From NCBI RefSeq assembly GCF_026571515.1, contig NW_026857848.1, forward strand, positions 1 through 64,000: a stretch of 64,000 nt of DNA, given 5' to 3'. This stretch comes from Ruditapes philippinarum. Its lineage: Eukaryota. Position 1 is the stretch's first letter. Each line of letters opens with the position of its first letter. Under the pieces are notes generated by a model that was not told the DNA's origin, did not search any database, and worked only from the letters and a program-made list of their open reading frames with translations. This document shows positions 13,801 through 28,800 of the stretch, in pieces. A program made the translations under genes and the position numbers.

Positions 13801-16800
13801 TGAAGTGGATATTAGGAAGAACTTAATTTTCACGAAGTAAATTATGTTAAACGTTTAAATTTGATAGACATTGTACAGACCTACTTCAAAATTATGTGGC
13901 TACTTGTTAATTTATATAGATAGTGCAATAAGTGGAAATAGTTTTTAACCGTAGCCCATAGATTATACCTGGCAATTTTGTAGCTGAAACATTCTACTGT
14001 TCACACGAACAACTGTGTTTCTCTGTAGATGTTAATGTTAGGATAATCATTATAACATTTATATTAACAAAATCTACCGATAAACCTTCAACAATGCTAC
14101 TAAAAATCTGTAGTGATATAGTGTGAGTAAATCTACATATAAATTTTTATTGACTTGGTGTGAACAAATCTACCGATTAATCTTAATTGGTGTGTTGTGA
14201 ATACATCTACAGATAAAACTGTATTAAGTTGGTATGAAAATCTACCGATAAACCTGAATAAATCTATGTAGAGATGGTGTGGGTAAATCTTCAGGTATTT
14301 TTTATTGACTTGGTGTGAACCAATCTACCGATACATTTTAATTGGTGTGGTGTGATTAAATCTACAGATAAAACGGTATTGACATAGTGTGAAAATCTAC
14401 CGATAAACCTTCAACAATGCTACTAAAAATCTGTAGTGATATAGTGTGCGTAAATCTACATATAAATTTTTATTGACTTAGTGTGAACAAATCTACCGAT
14501 TTATTTTAATTGGTGTGTTGTGAATACTTCTACAGATAAAACTGTATTAAGTTGGTATGAAAATCTACCGATAAACCTGAATAAATCTATGTAGAGATGG
14601 TGTGGGTAAATCTTCAGGTATATTTTATTGACTTGGTGTGAACCAATCTACCGATACATTTTAATTGGTGTGGTGTGATTAAATCTACAGATAAAACTGT
14701 ATTGACATAGTGCGAAAATCTACCGATAAACCTTCAACAATGCTACTAAAAATCTGTAGTGATATAGTGTGAGTAAATCTACAGATGAATTTTTATTGAC
14801 TCGGTGTGAACAAATCTACCGATTAAGTTGTGAATACATCTACAGATAAAACAGTACTAACTTAGTGCACAAATCTACCGATAAACCTGTAACAATGCTA
14901 CGAATACTACTTTACTGATATGGTGTGAGTAAATCTACAGATACATCTGTATTGATTTGGTGTGAACAAATATTCGGATAAATTTATGTGAACTTGGTGT
15001 GAACAATTCTATAGATAAATCTTAATTGACTTGTGTGGACAAATCTATTAATAAATCTTTATTGATCTGGTATGAATGAATCTATATTGACATGGCATAT
15101 TAATCTATATTGTCTTGGAGTGAATGAATCGATAAATACATTTTTATTGATTTGGTGTGAATAAATAGATAGATAAAGTTACATATGCTTGATAGAAATC
15201 GAGAGATCAATCTACTGTGATCTTTAAAAAGAATTGCTTTAACCTCTTTTTTTTAATTAAGCTTATTTTAAAACGAAACTTTGGATATACGAGCATGAAT
15301 ATAATATAAATACAAAAGTTTGTCATACCGTATTCATATAACATGTGAACTAGTAAAATCGTTTGTCATACCGTGTTCATTTAACATGTAAACTAGTAAA
15401 ATTGTTTGACATATGTATTCATATATCATGTAAATTAGTAAAATGGTTTGCCATACCGTATTTATATAACATGTAAAATAGTAAAATTGTTTGTCATACC
15501 GTAATCACTGAACATGTAAACTAGTAAAATGACTTGCTATACCGTATTCATATAACATGTAAATTAGTAAAATGGTTTGTCATACCGTATTTATATAACA
15601 TGTCAACTAGTAAAATTTAAATGAACACAATAAACCACATTTTGTTATATAACCTTATACATGTATCTTTTTAATGGTATGCAATGGCAAATGTTGAAAT
15701 TAATTATTCTAATGTATACAAAACAGCTAACGGTACATCGGAACGAGGAGTCTAACACAGTTTTCAAGTCATACGACACTTTCAACTGACAACAAGCACA
15801 AGTTTTTTATATTCAGTCCTAATCGCATTATGAGAAATAAAAATGAATATAAATGTAAAAGTCTGGCTTTCTCCTTGGTTTTATGTGTCAAAAACAATTT
15901 TGTCAAATGCGAATGCAGTTGATCACGTTTTCAAAACCTTTTAACATTAATTGCGAGGGCATTTTGACTTACTGCTGAAGACGACCTTTGATGTTGAAAG
16001 CAATTTAAACACGAAATTGTTATTTTAAACATGCCACCTGATAATTATTTTACATTTATTTGATAACCCGTTGATTTCAATCAAATAAGTCTAGCACGAC
16101 ATCAGTTGAAACAAGCTATTAAGCGGACTTTTAATCAGGGATTCAAATGTATACGGTAAAGTCAATATATTTAATGCACGGAAACTTTGCTTCTGAAAAT
16201 TCTTGGAAGAAAAAGACCTTTAGAGACCAATGAAAACAAATACTTAAAAAAGTAGATTTGGCTTTTCGTTTTTGAAAAGACTTTGTTTGTAAGGGACAAT
16301 GATTTTTTTTAACCATTTAGTTTTTTCTTTACTTTTAACTGTTTTAACCGTCTTCCACGAAAAGAGTTGAGACATAACATTTATTAAATCATATTTATGT
16401 TCAACAATATCGATCTTATGAAGAGTACTTTAATCTATTACTTTTATATTGTACGAGTAAGAAAAGAATACTAATTGCTTTCCCTGAGTAACTAAGCATT
16501 GGACCGCCCGCATGGCTTATCAGGGAGGGGGTGGGATTAATAATCCGAGATTCGCTGATTTGAAGCTCATGTAAGGTGAAATTTCTCCTTGAAAATAAAT
16601 TTTTAATACGGAAGTTACTTTAGTTCATTTGTATAGGAAGGAATTACCTTATAAACACATTCTCGAAACTATTAGAATCAGTCAAAATTGGTCTCAGACA
16701 TTGCGCTTAACGGTTATTTGTTTTTCACCGCTGATTAAAAAAAATCAGGTGGGATTAGTAGTCGGCCAATTGCTGACAAATAGGTAATGACGATCTAGCT

Positions 16801-19800
16801 ATTCAAGAAAGACAGTTAGATGGATCATCCGCCGGGGGAGCACAAACAAATGTTTTAAAACTGGGACAATACAAGAAAGAAAAAAATCTATGCACTTGCT
16901 TGTCTACATTAGTTTCATTAAACATTTTAATATTTTATTAAATTTCTTTAAAATTTGTTGTTATGTACTTCGATAAATAATTTAATTTCCTGTTTGAAAA
17001 TGCTTCTGCTCCGATACGATAATATGATTTAATGTTACGCTTATTGAATTCAAAATCAACCAAATCGGTTATTTCGTAAGAATAAAATGTAGTTAGCTCT
17101 TCGCAACTATGATCGTAGCAAGTATTTTGAGGTTGTGAATTTTCCTAGTGTTTTGACTGATATTTAATTATTTCAGTTTGTCGTTGTTTGTTCTTTATTT
17201 CTCTGTAGCAATTGGTTACTACACAGCTACATTGTTAGGCTTAAAAAACCAAAACAAAACAACAAATAATGAAATAAAATAGGTATTTTAATGAAAAAGT
17301 TTAAAAACGAAACCCTTTAAGAACACTTAAAGCGGCAGAAATTAAAAATGTTGCAGACTCGGTTTCATGGACAGTAATAGTAATTGCAAGCTACCGTCTA
17401 CCCCCCTGCATTTAAACATGAAAAAAATGAACTTCTTTTGAATTTAGAGACATCCACAGTGGTGTCTTACGGTGGGAAGAGCCAAGGGGTGTCAACACAA
17501 AGTCAAAACAATAAAAGAAAGCATGTTTACTTACCCGTCCTTTAGTGGCACATTTTGAAGACATTGTACCAAGAAAATGATCTTTAAAGTCAATATCTTT
17601 ATATTCAATTTTCCACAACAAGCTAGCCAGATCGTTTTCATATTTCCAGTTTCTGAAAGTTATTTTCATTTAATTAAAGTTTAAATCTAATATTTATCAA
17701 ATTGAATGTGATAAATAAAAATACGAAAATAAAAGCATAACAAGAATAAAATAAAATTTAATCAATTAATCAACATATCAAAATGAAAACTAAAGGTCGT
17801 TCGATTTGACAAAATTGAAAATTACTTTGTTTTACATGGCATACATGCTTTCAGATTTTGAGCGGACTGTGTTGACTAGTGGTAATTTTGTCCGACAACT
17901 GGTCCAAAAGATATCCTTCTAAAAATAAAATGAATAACACTCTCCGGGAACCAGTCGCCCGTATATACTTCCGGTTACGACAATTTAAGTAAACCTTTAT
18001 TGGTAACCATGGTCTAGACTAAGCAAAACAAATTATTTACACATCTCTTTATAGGCAAAAGCTTAAATTAACCAAATATTTCTACGAGACACTTCAAATA
18101 TCGGTGATTACTCTGTACAAAACAACAACAACTATGACGACGACAACGACGAAAACAGTAACTTACCTATAGACTAGAAAGCCAATTATTAGAACAATTA
18201 ATGCCAGTCCACCAGTGACCCCAGAGAGTATTTCCTTCGTGTAGGCTAATCAAATAAAGAGAAAAAATGTTTAATGAAACACTTTCATTTAATTGCTGAA
18301 CTTGTACATGTATATTAAGGAAAAATGTTATTAGTGTCTTGCTTTTTTTTAAGTTGAAAACAATAGCTGAGTTCCTAAAACTGATTGTTTTTTTTTCTAA
18401 TTTCTGAGTCGTTTAAAATATCCTACGCCCAGTTAATATCCTACGGTCAAAAAAAAATAAAATAAATTAATCATGAATTAAATACGAAATTCAATATGGA
18501 AATGTAATTGATCTTTTCCAGTCTAAAGCTACCGGAAGTGCATTACACGCCTACGCGGATACGAATTGATATGAACATCATGTCGTGTGCAGACAATGTT
18601 TTACTCTTACCACGCTAAATATCTTAAATTGACTTATCCATCTTCCAATCTAGACAAAACTACGGAAGCGTATATAAAGTGCTACGTAGGAGATACAAAC
18701 TCCTATTTTTTCCATCTTCTACGTTGGAGTTATAAAGTCCTAAGTAGGATTTATAAAGTCCTACGTAGGAGTTAAAAATTCCTAATTAGACTTTTTTTTA
18801 TCTCCTTTGTAGGAGTTATAAAGTCCTTTATAGGACTAATAAAGTCATACGGAGAAGTTATAAACCCCTAATTTCGCTTTTTTATCTCCTACGTAAGAGT
18901 TATCCTTTTTATAGAACATGTTAAATTGGCACAAGGACGCTTCCGTACAAAACCATTCCTAATCTTAGATAAATTTTAACTGATGTATTGACAAAATAGC
19001 GAACAATGCAAGCCATGATCAGAGAGCACGTATATATATTAGCCGGCTTGTCTTGGTCTGCACAATTACCACTAGCAAGGTAAGGGTGAAAGTATCAACA
19101 CTCAATATTTAATCTTATTATATAAATTGGCAAATATACAAACAAATTAACTACAATAACGTCATTTATTTATAAATATACTCTTTTTACGGCTTCTTTA
19201 TTTGTTGTAATTCATTTTACTGTAGATTCATAACATGCTTTCGTTAGTAAAGTTTTTATTAATAAATTTTGAATGATACAAAGTTCTGATTGCAGTATTT
19301 CCTATAAAATAGAAGTACCGAGAATATTTCTTACAAAATTGATGAAATAAAATAATTTGCATAACAAACTACGAACTTTTTGCAGGAATACATTTTTGTC
19401 CGCGATATCCGCATGGTGGTTCGTCAATAGGCGGTGATCCTTCCGGCCATTCAATATGACCATCCTTGTAGAAATGGAAAGTCTGAAAGGAACAATAGGA
19501 ACTATAAGAGGTATCGGGATATAACTTTTAGTGCTTCGAAAGTAATGATGTCTTAAACGAGTGATAACTTTTAAAGGATATTCGTTGATATTTTGAGAGA
19601 AGATTTCTTGCGATGAAAGGGAAAATGACAAGTAAACATAAGCGGATCTGAGATATAATTTTGAGTGCATTGAATGTAATAATGACCTGAATGCGTGATA
19701 AATGGAATTTAATTATCTTTATGTGGGAGAAAATTTCTTGTGATAATTCAGCTGCCTCAGGTACTGCACTATGTGTTTTGTACAAACACACAATTTCTGT

Positions 19801-22800
19801 ACTTAAAGTGACTACAAATTATCAATAGTATGCTAAATTGAAAGGAAAGACTTTTTAAACAGAGATTGAACAGTAACAAAATTGTCGGACAATCAGTTTA
19901 AATATATCATGTATTCAAACATATTGTTTTTTACAACAACGTCGCACAGCGGAGATTTACTGATATCAACATTGTTTTATTGAAAATATTTTTTTCTCTG
20001 ATATTTTGCAGTAACTATCCAAAACAAATGATGTGCTGCAATGAACCGCTACTCTTTGCAATGTATAAAAACTTGCACATAAGAATAAGATAATTCTTTG
20101 AAAATTCACAAGTTCCATGGAATAAAATGGATATTTATGAAACAGTATCAGTTATCAAGAATTATAGTTATATAATCTATTGAAAGTATTAGCATACCGG
20201 TAAAGCAGTCAGATTTTGGTTGAGCCTAAATACCCCGACAGGGAACATTCCAAAATCTTCCGAACCTTCATACAAGTGATGGCGTGCAATAAGTGAATAA
20301 TTGCCTTCAGCGTCCCCCAACTCATTAATACGCAAAATATAACCCATAGCACCTGCAACAATAAATCGATATATTACTTTATGCATCAGTACTGCATAGT
20401 AAAGTTTTTAAATATACACATATATAAAAAGTCATTAATACACATGTATCACATGGTAATTTATAACGCTCAAAGATGCTGCTGTTGGTGATAGTTTACC
20501 GTTTGGATTATGGCAGTACATGTAAGTCCTCTTAATTTCACAAGAGCAGTAAAATGGTCAGTGAATAGCTATTAAAATAATAATTGTAATTGTAAACGTT
20601 GCAATTTTTACACGGCACATATTAAGAAAGATCTTATCAAATCAAATGCATCATTCATGATACAAGCATGAGGTACACGATTTATGAATCGGCGGTGAGA
20701 GGCAAATGACCTTTAGACTGAAAGTCCGAAATCATTTGTCTCGAAGATATTTTGCCCGATCAGAGTATCCAACAAGCGACCATAGAATTACATTGAGTTA
20801 TACGGGCTTATATGATTACAAAATGTAACGTCTGTCCATCTTTAAGACATTTTATACTACTTTATCTAAAAAATAAATGACAAGCTTTCTATTTGACAAA
20901 TTAAAAATCAATTTCATATCAAGCGTTCGTTCCAGACAGAAATTTACACTACATCAACTCAAATATATCATAACAAAATTATCTTTATAGATATTAAAGG
21001 CTATAAATCAAACAACGAAGAAGGCAAATAAGTTATTACTAATATATTATAATCGATTGTAAATCATATTCAGAACCTGTTCGATGCCCTGTATCAGATT
21101 ATTTCACTTACTAGAAGTATAAATGAGTGAAATAAATTGAGACGGGCAGAGTTTTAGTTAGTAAGTGATATAAATTGACACAGACGGAGTTTTAGTAAAA
21201 TGAAATAATATGAAAAAGGCAGATTATAACATAGGCTATTTAGTTAGTGATGTAATATTACAAACTTTTTAAGGCAGAACCTCAGTAAGTGATATGAAAT
21301 GACAACTTTAAGTTCAAGTAAGTGAAAAAATAGGACAAAGACAGAGTTCAAGTAAGAAAACAAAGAAAAACAGAATCCATAAAGAAAGCCAAACACGGCA
21401 AAATTGAAAATGTTGCAGGCTCGGTTTGATAAGGACTGTTTATGGACAGTAATTGAAAGTGCAAGTTACCGTCCACGCCCCCTAGCACCGACTTAGGTAG
21501 AATTCAACATTAGAACACGAAAATGGTAATATTTTGAATTTAGAAACATCCGCAGATGTGTTCATACGGCGGTTATCATGGAACATTCAATGTGACACAG
21601 TAATGTCATTCCATGAAAAGCGGCTTGTGGTCCCCAAGTAAAAGAATGTTAAAGAAAACTTATATGACATAGAGTGAAACACTATAACAAAGTAACACAT
21701 AGAAGAAAATGTTACATCGGACATATGTTGCACAAAGTCAAGAACAGAAAAACATGATCATGTCGTCAGTAAAGTTATAACATTGTTAGACATTTGATAT
21801 ATATGATGTCAATGAATAAAACTCAATGCAGCCTTATTAATTTCAATACTAACAAAAATTCTGAAAATAATTTTAAATGTGTTTAATTTCTGGTCATCCT
21901 CGTTACCATTTAAAAAATTCGATCATTTAATAGTTATATTTCCTTTTGTAAATTAATCAATGACCGTTTATTATGCAAGTAATGACTCCGAAGCACACCC
22001 AAAAGTTTCCTTTGACACTACTTGTATTTCCATGAATATTTAGTAACTAAAACTTATATACATGTTATTCATTTCATAACAAGTAGGAGGGCAGCTGAGG
22101 TCTTCCTCAACAACTAAAGCTTGACATTAACATTGTCGGTATATCTATAAAACCAAACAAAACTTGGCAAAAGAACCGTCTGATACCATCTTTCAAAAAT
22201 ACACTTAAGATAATAACAAGTAAATCTTTAACAGACTTAATCGATTCTCAGCCATATATTTTTCACTTCTTTCTCAATATTTTACATTTCTCGTTGACAC
22301 ATCATTTTACCTCTTTTATATATTACATAACTACAAGATAAAAAGAAAAACCACTCACTCATATATGTTTGATGTTTGATTTTATTGATGACATTTGTGC
22401 CGTTCTTGTAATCTATTTCTTCAACAATACATTTATGGACAGCTTTGGCGTACAACCATAATGCATCGTAGAGATAGGCCGCTTCCGGTCTTATCTTCAA
22501 CATAACAAATTACATTTTTATCGAACTCAATAAAAACATCAAAGGATATGATATGATGAAGTATCAAATGTTATGATATTGTTTTGGCTCATTTACCTGT
22601 AGATAGTTTCTGTTTTTTTTGTATTTTTTTTCCATATTGCAATGATTAATGAAACTTTCTTTTTTGTCTTTTAAGATACCAAATGTTCAATATAAAAAAT
22701 ACCAAAGATTCAATATAAATATGAAATCATAAGACAACAAATGGTGGCGTTATATATGATCTTTAAGAGTATTTTAATAAGTCTATAACTTCCAATAGAA

Positions 22801-25800
22801 TCGAACTAAAATATTTTCGTATAAAGTTATATATGATAACAATGCTAACTTAACAACACGAAAAACGATTTCAAAACTTCAGTGGTCGTTTCTGTCTATA
22901 TTTAAGTTTCAAAGGATAAAAAAACACGTACTGTATATTAAGTCTTGCAATTTAATTCTTAACATCTTTATTCATTTTAAAGGGTGTGAAGATATTTGAA
23001 GATATTTGTGAGTAAGTTTTCAAAGTAGATTATCTTTCGTTTAGATGCATAATTTACAGTTTAGATCTTTACAATCTTTTTAAAGTACTTACTATTTTAA
23101 GCCCTCCATAGGTTGCAAAGGGGTTCTCAAAGTTAAATGGCGGTGCTTCAAGATACTTATTTACAAGTCTTGAAAACGTGTCATAACCCGGATACACTGG
23201 TGGGGAGTATGCAACACCAATAAAATACCGAAATGCTCCTTGTATGTCGCTTGTAACATTCTTGTCCGTAAAAATCCCTGAAAATCAAAAAAAATATAAA
23301 TCTTTACCATGCTAAATATTCCAAATGGTTCATTTTTCAATCTGAATCTGGACACAACCATTTATCATTTTTAGGGAACAGTGCAGAAGATGATGTGCCA
23401 ACTGATTATGACATACACTAGATTGGTCGTCTGCGTCGATTTAGTTGCCGCCATTTATATAAATGTTTTTTTTATTTACTTCCACTTTCTTACAATAAAT
23501 GAAAAGATAAATAAATAAATAAAAAAAAGAAAGAAAAAAAGGGGAAACCCTTCAACAAAAAATATAAAATAAACAACACTTTTACCATAAACTTTTATCC
23601 GTTTTAATGTGAATAAATGTTCTCACTTATTAACGAATTACATTAAAAAATACTGGGTACAAACAACTTTAAATGTGCATGTATGTGTGCTATTCTTGTA
23701 AAGCCTTTGATTGCGCGTTGTTGTTGCTTAAATCCATTTCTTTTGTGCAAAGGCAAATTATGATATAAAAGCCAAATCATAACACATAAGCCAAAATATT
23801 ACAATATGATATTAAGCCAATATAAAAGTAAATTTATCATATTAAAGCCGAATTATGATGTAAAGCCAATATTAATGCTAAAATATAATGATATACACGC
23901 TAAGTAATGATTTAAAAGCCAATATATAAGCAATATTAATATGATATAAAAGCCAATATATAAGCCAAATTGTGATATATAGACAAATTATGGTATAAAC
24001 GTAAGAATTATGATATAACAGTCAAATAAGATGCTCAAAGAAATAAACGATGTTGATATATTGATGGGATATTTGCAGTTTTTTTCTGTCCGGACAAAGA
24101 TGATAATCATAAAACAGCCGCAGTGAATCAATGCCAAGAATAATTTGGTAGTATTACAATGAAATGTCCATTCTTAGAGCAATTTATTTTGTAAATAAAA
24201 GTTAAACACATACTGACAATAGTGATTAAGATATGAATATAAACGCGATAATTTGTCCAGATTTTAATCAAATGTTCTATGAGTATCGTTTGAAAACTTT
24301 GTAACACTTCTAAGACAAGTTAAACGAAAGGCTATACAGAATGACAACGAAAGATTCTATTTCTTGCATGGATAAGTGAAGCCAAAAATTAAAATATTAT
24401 ACATATGATTGATGACGTCATAAACATTTCAAATTAAAAAGTATACGCTGTAATGTAATGGTGACATTTGCATAAAAACAAGCAACGTTATGCGATAAAT
24501 AGAGGATATTTAATAACTGTCGGTCCACTTACGATTTTTGAACGAGTTGAAAAAAATTATAGTGTGCAACCTGGAGACCATAATATTATCTTATTCAAGG
24601 AGTTCAATAAATTTAGTAAAAAGGAAACACGGATATTATATTGTTATCTCATGTATAAAACATGTACTATTTACATTAAAAATAAACCATTTTCCCATTG
24701 ACCATATAATTGCGCGTCTTTATGCGCAAATAACTTTCCGTCAAAATACCGATTTTACGAAGTCACAAAACCGACACGGGTATATATTTTTTTATTTTGT
24801 TTGGTTTTACGGCGCAATTTAGATTATATGGCGCCGAAACAGGTAAAAAGATTATGGTATAAAGACGGATACCAACCTTTGAAATATTTCTGTGCATCTT
24901 TTGGATCATACTGCCCAACATCAACACCAATAACAAAGTACTCCCCCGTGTCAAGAAGACCTCTGTCATTCAAGTGATCCAGCAAACCAACAAACTCGTA
25001 ATTTTGTCCCAATATCACATAAACTTGAAAACATAGATATAATAAATATAGAATTAGAAGCAAGCACACTTGCGCTGGAACACAATAAAGGTATGGCAAA
25101 AGTTAGCAATTGGTTGTTTAAAAAAACAACAACAAAAAAACCTAACGTGTATATTAAACTTTAGGCTCATACACGAGTAAATACAAGATTTTATGTGATC
25201 AGAAATAAACTTGTTACTAAATATCTCAAATTTGATTTAATAGATTATGAGCAATTAAAATAACAAAATCTTTATAAGCGATTACCAATACATAAACATT
25301 AATCTTATTTTGTAGGTAAACTATTTCGGTTATCTGTAATAAAATACACAGACAATACCATAGACTCGTAAACAAAGTCAGATTAATTTAAGGTCATAAC
25401 CCCCACCCCCTGTAGTGGTTAACAATACATTGTAACATTAAGCTACGTTTTTATAAAATTCTAAAATTCAGATTAATCTATCAACATTACATCCTTGCAA
25501 ACATAATACTAGATTTTCTTTTCAATACATTCCGCATACATATAATAATTTATGTTATAGCGTTCATAAGGCAGATTTTCTGTAAGATCAATTGATTGTT
25601 TCATATATGCCAGATGCTCTAAATGAGCAATTACTTTAATATAAAAAACCCAACAAAACTATCACTGAATGATATCCATGCCAAAATAATGTCATTGATA
25701 GAAGCTGACTTGGGTTTATGGAAAGAAGAATAACTTTAGTAACAGAAATACATAATTATACAAAAATTGTCTTTGGTGAAAAGAATGGAATCATTGCACA

Positions 25801-28800
25801 GGTAGTTGAAATTTCAAATAGGTTTGTCAAACCAAAACCAAATGCTATGGAGATATAAAACTCTCCTACAGAGCTGTCTAGCGATGTTTTACATATATCT
25901 AAAGTTTTAATTTGATTTCTGGTTCAGGTGTAACAGATTTTTTTTTCGACGGAACAGGACAGTGCAAAATGAAACCTTTAATTCTCCCCGACACACTGTG
26001 TGCGGCTAATGTATAATAAGGAATCTCAAGGAAGACACTATTTTGGAAAGAATTATGACATACTTATTGCACTATTTAATTTGAATTTAATTTGGATAAG
26101 AACGTTGAAGGCAAATTGTGCCTCATCAATGTCTCTTTTATTTGGCAACTAATCCTTATTGTTGGTGTCGTTCTGTTATAGTTTACAAAATATTCGCAAA
26201 TTACCTGTACCATCTTTTTTGTTTCTGCGTTTTTACACTAAGTACAGTTATAGTGATTTGGTGTATTATATGGAAATCAAAATACTACTTTGTTTACATA
26301 TTGCTACCTTTATGACAAATTCAATGCTAATTTCTTCTGGCGATACGTATCAGGTGATATGCGTCTTAAATGCTCTAAAACAATTGTTTAGCCGTTTTGA
26401 AACCATGTTTGCCTTTTCACAGGAAGAAAACAATTACTCGTTTCTTAGGCATAAATTTCCTGTACATTAAAACTTACTTCTTGTATCAACGAATGTTTCT
26501 TGAATTATTTTGATGAATGGATTCACCGTGTGTCTGTGAAAATAAGGACCTTTGTAAACTTTCCGGAATGTCACTTCTAAACCATACATGTGCATGAGCT
26601 GAAAATGTAATCGGTTTATCAACAAATATAGAACTGTATTTGAGACAAAAAACACATACAATAGATATGTATATCTCTTAAGAGACGTTGACGCTACATG
26701 CCTCCAGATAAAAGATATTTCAAGAAAATTAAATCAACCTTGTGAAAAATGAACAGAGATTTTTAGAAAAGTAAAAATATACTAGATTCAAGTAATTATT
26801 CACTTGTATGTGGGATTAATGTCTGATTTTGCAGTGTTTATCAGCATATTTCTTTTGCGTGACAAACGCAGTAAGGGAAGGGCTACTTTTGTAACATTCT
26901 TTACCTCTTTCGTAATTTATGTGGATTGTTAGGTTAGTGCGGTTTCCAATCTGTAATTTACTTACTTTGTTTACTTCACACTATTTTAATCTTAAATACA
27001 TGTTTAATTAATTGTTTTATAAATTTGTAGGGATATGCATTTAGCATTACGGCGTTTAAACATTATAAAATGTCAATTTTCAAATTTTCCTTGAAAATTA
27101 ACATGAAACTGGAGGCATATGCTGCTTAATGCAGACGTCGTACATTTAGCAATACGGCGTCTAAACATTACAAAAATATCAATCCTTATAAATTACAATA
27201 ACGGTAGAAAATATCGTATGACATAGCTAAATAGTTTTAATCAATGTAAAGCAATGTTTCTCAACCTAAATTGCGCAAAAATATAATAGAATATAATGTA
27301 AAGAAAACAAATATTAGCCCCAGTATCATAGAAATAATAAGAATTGTGTATAACTTTTCATCTTTGATCTAGATAATAAATCTAATTTTCCCATAAATAG
27401 TGAAAATACTTCAACATTGATCGGACAGAATTGTACGGTCTATTTTTACTGACGCACCCTTGTACATAATCAAATTATCGTCTATAAGAGTGAATATACG
27501 ATAAAGTATATATTTATTGAGATTGGATTCTTCTGAGAGAAAAATATGTTTCAGTAAGGAATATAAATAAGTTGAAAGAGAATAAGTCTCTTGTACTCTG
27601 ACAAAAAAACACTAAACTGGAAAATGCCGACGATATACACAAATAGACTTGGTACTGATCATCTCTGTAAAGGTTGGATAAAATTGCACCAGTAGTTATT
27701 GAGAAGTCCGGACAAGATCTGTGACAGGCGGAATGACGGACGGACTGATCCCTAAATATCGCGGCTACTGTGATGTAGGCCACACAAAAAGACAGGGTGA
27801 AATTGTAACATTAATTTTATCTTGAATTAATTTTCAATTTTTCTTATCAAATGAATTTTAAGTTATTTGTTCACTTTATGGAATGTCTGTTTTAAATTAA
27901 ACATTAGTAATGGCCTCTTCACGTTGTTTGCACCATACATTTGTGCTCCTGATTACATTCTATTGTGATCAGTTTATAATATCCTTTTATGCAGAATAGA
28001 GGGTTTAACTTCCTGCCAATATTTATCGTCTGCAGCTAAACAAGTCGTTTGAAATCATAAGTCACTTATCCTTCTTAAAATGAGCTTATGTTGCACTAGA
28101 CAGCATCTAATAATATCATTATCGTCTGCAACAAGGACGATATGCAGTTTGTCATGGAAGGAGACAATTCTCAAACAGTTCTTGGAACAGTTATCAAATT
28201 GTTATATTGATCAAATGTAATCATATCAAAAGACGAGCATGTAAACCAATTTTTACAACATTTCTTTAATATCATTTAGTATCTAAGGCTCCATTGAACA
28301 AGTTATCAATTTGCTGATCATAGAATCTAGTATTGCAGTCTTTGTTATAGAGGTTGTTGTTGCCAGTATTATGTTAACAAAACCGTTACGTTCAAAACGA
28401 TATATATCGTCATACATAAGTCATTAAACATCTGCGTTAAATATGTTTCAATCTGGACAACACCATTCATCATTTAGTGAAAACTTCTTATTAAGTTCTT
28501 AACATATTCTTCAAATATTGTAAAGAGAAAAAACAATACAGGCCATGATTCGACGGCACGGCGTGGGTAGATAACGTCGCCGTCTACAGGCTTAAGATTT
28601 AGTTGAAGAAGCATAAGGAATCTTCTTGGAAATTCGTTATATGTAATTAATCAATAAACCAAAAGCTAGACTTACATCATAAATTGTGTCTGCTGTGTGC
28701 TGTAAGACTGGTTCGCTTGTATGAACAAATGTAACTTTTTGCCATTTGAACTTTTTCAATATGGACACAACACTTTTTGAAATTTGTGAATCAGTTGGCT

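Noticed and set aside
14068-15617. Regularly spaced repeats resembling a CRISPR array
   Set aside because: This is a eukaryotic intron, the 'spacers' are themselves repeated, and there are no cas genes.
15973-15985. 13-nt microexon candidate (aag|GTCGTCTTCAGCA|gtaagt, minus strand)
   Set aside because: The donor is good but the length breaks the reading frame, alone or together with the 15-nt candidate; no other support.
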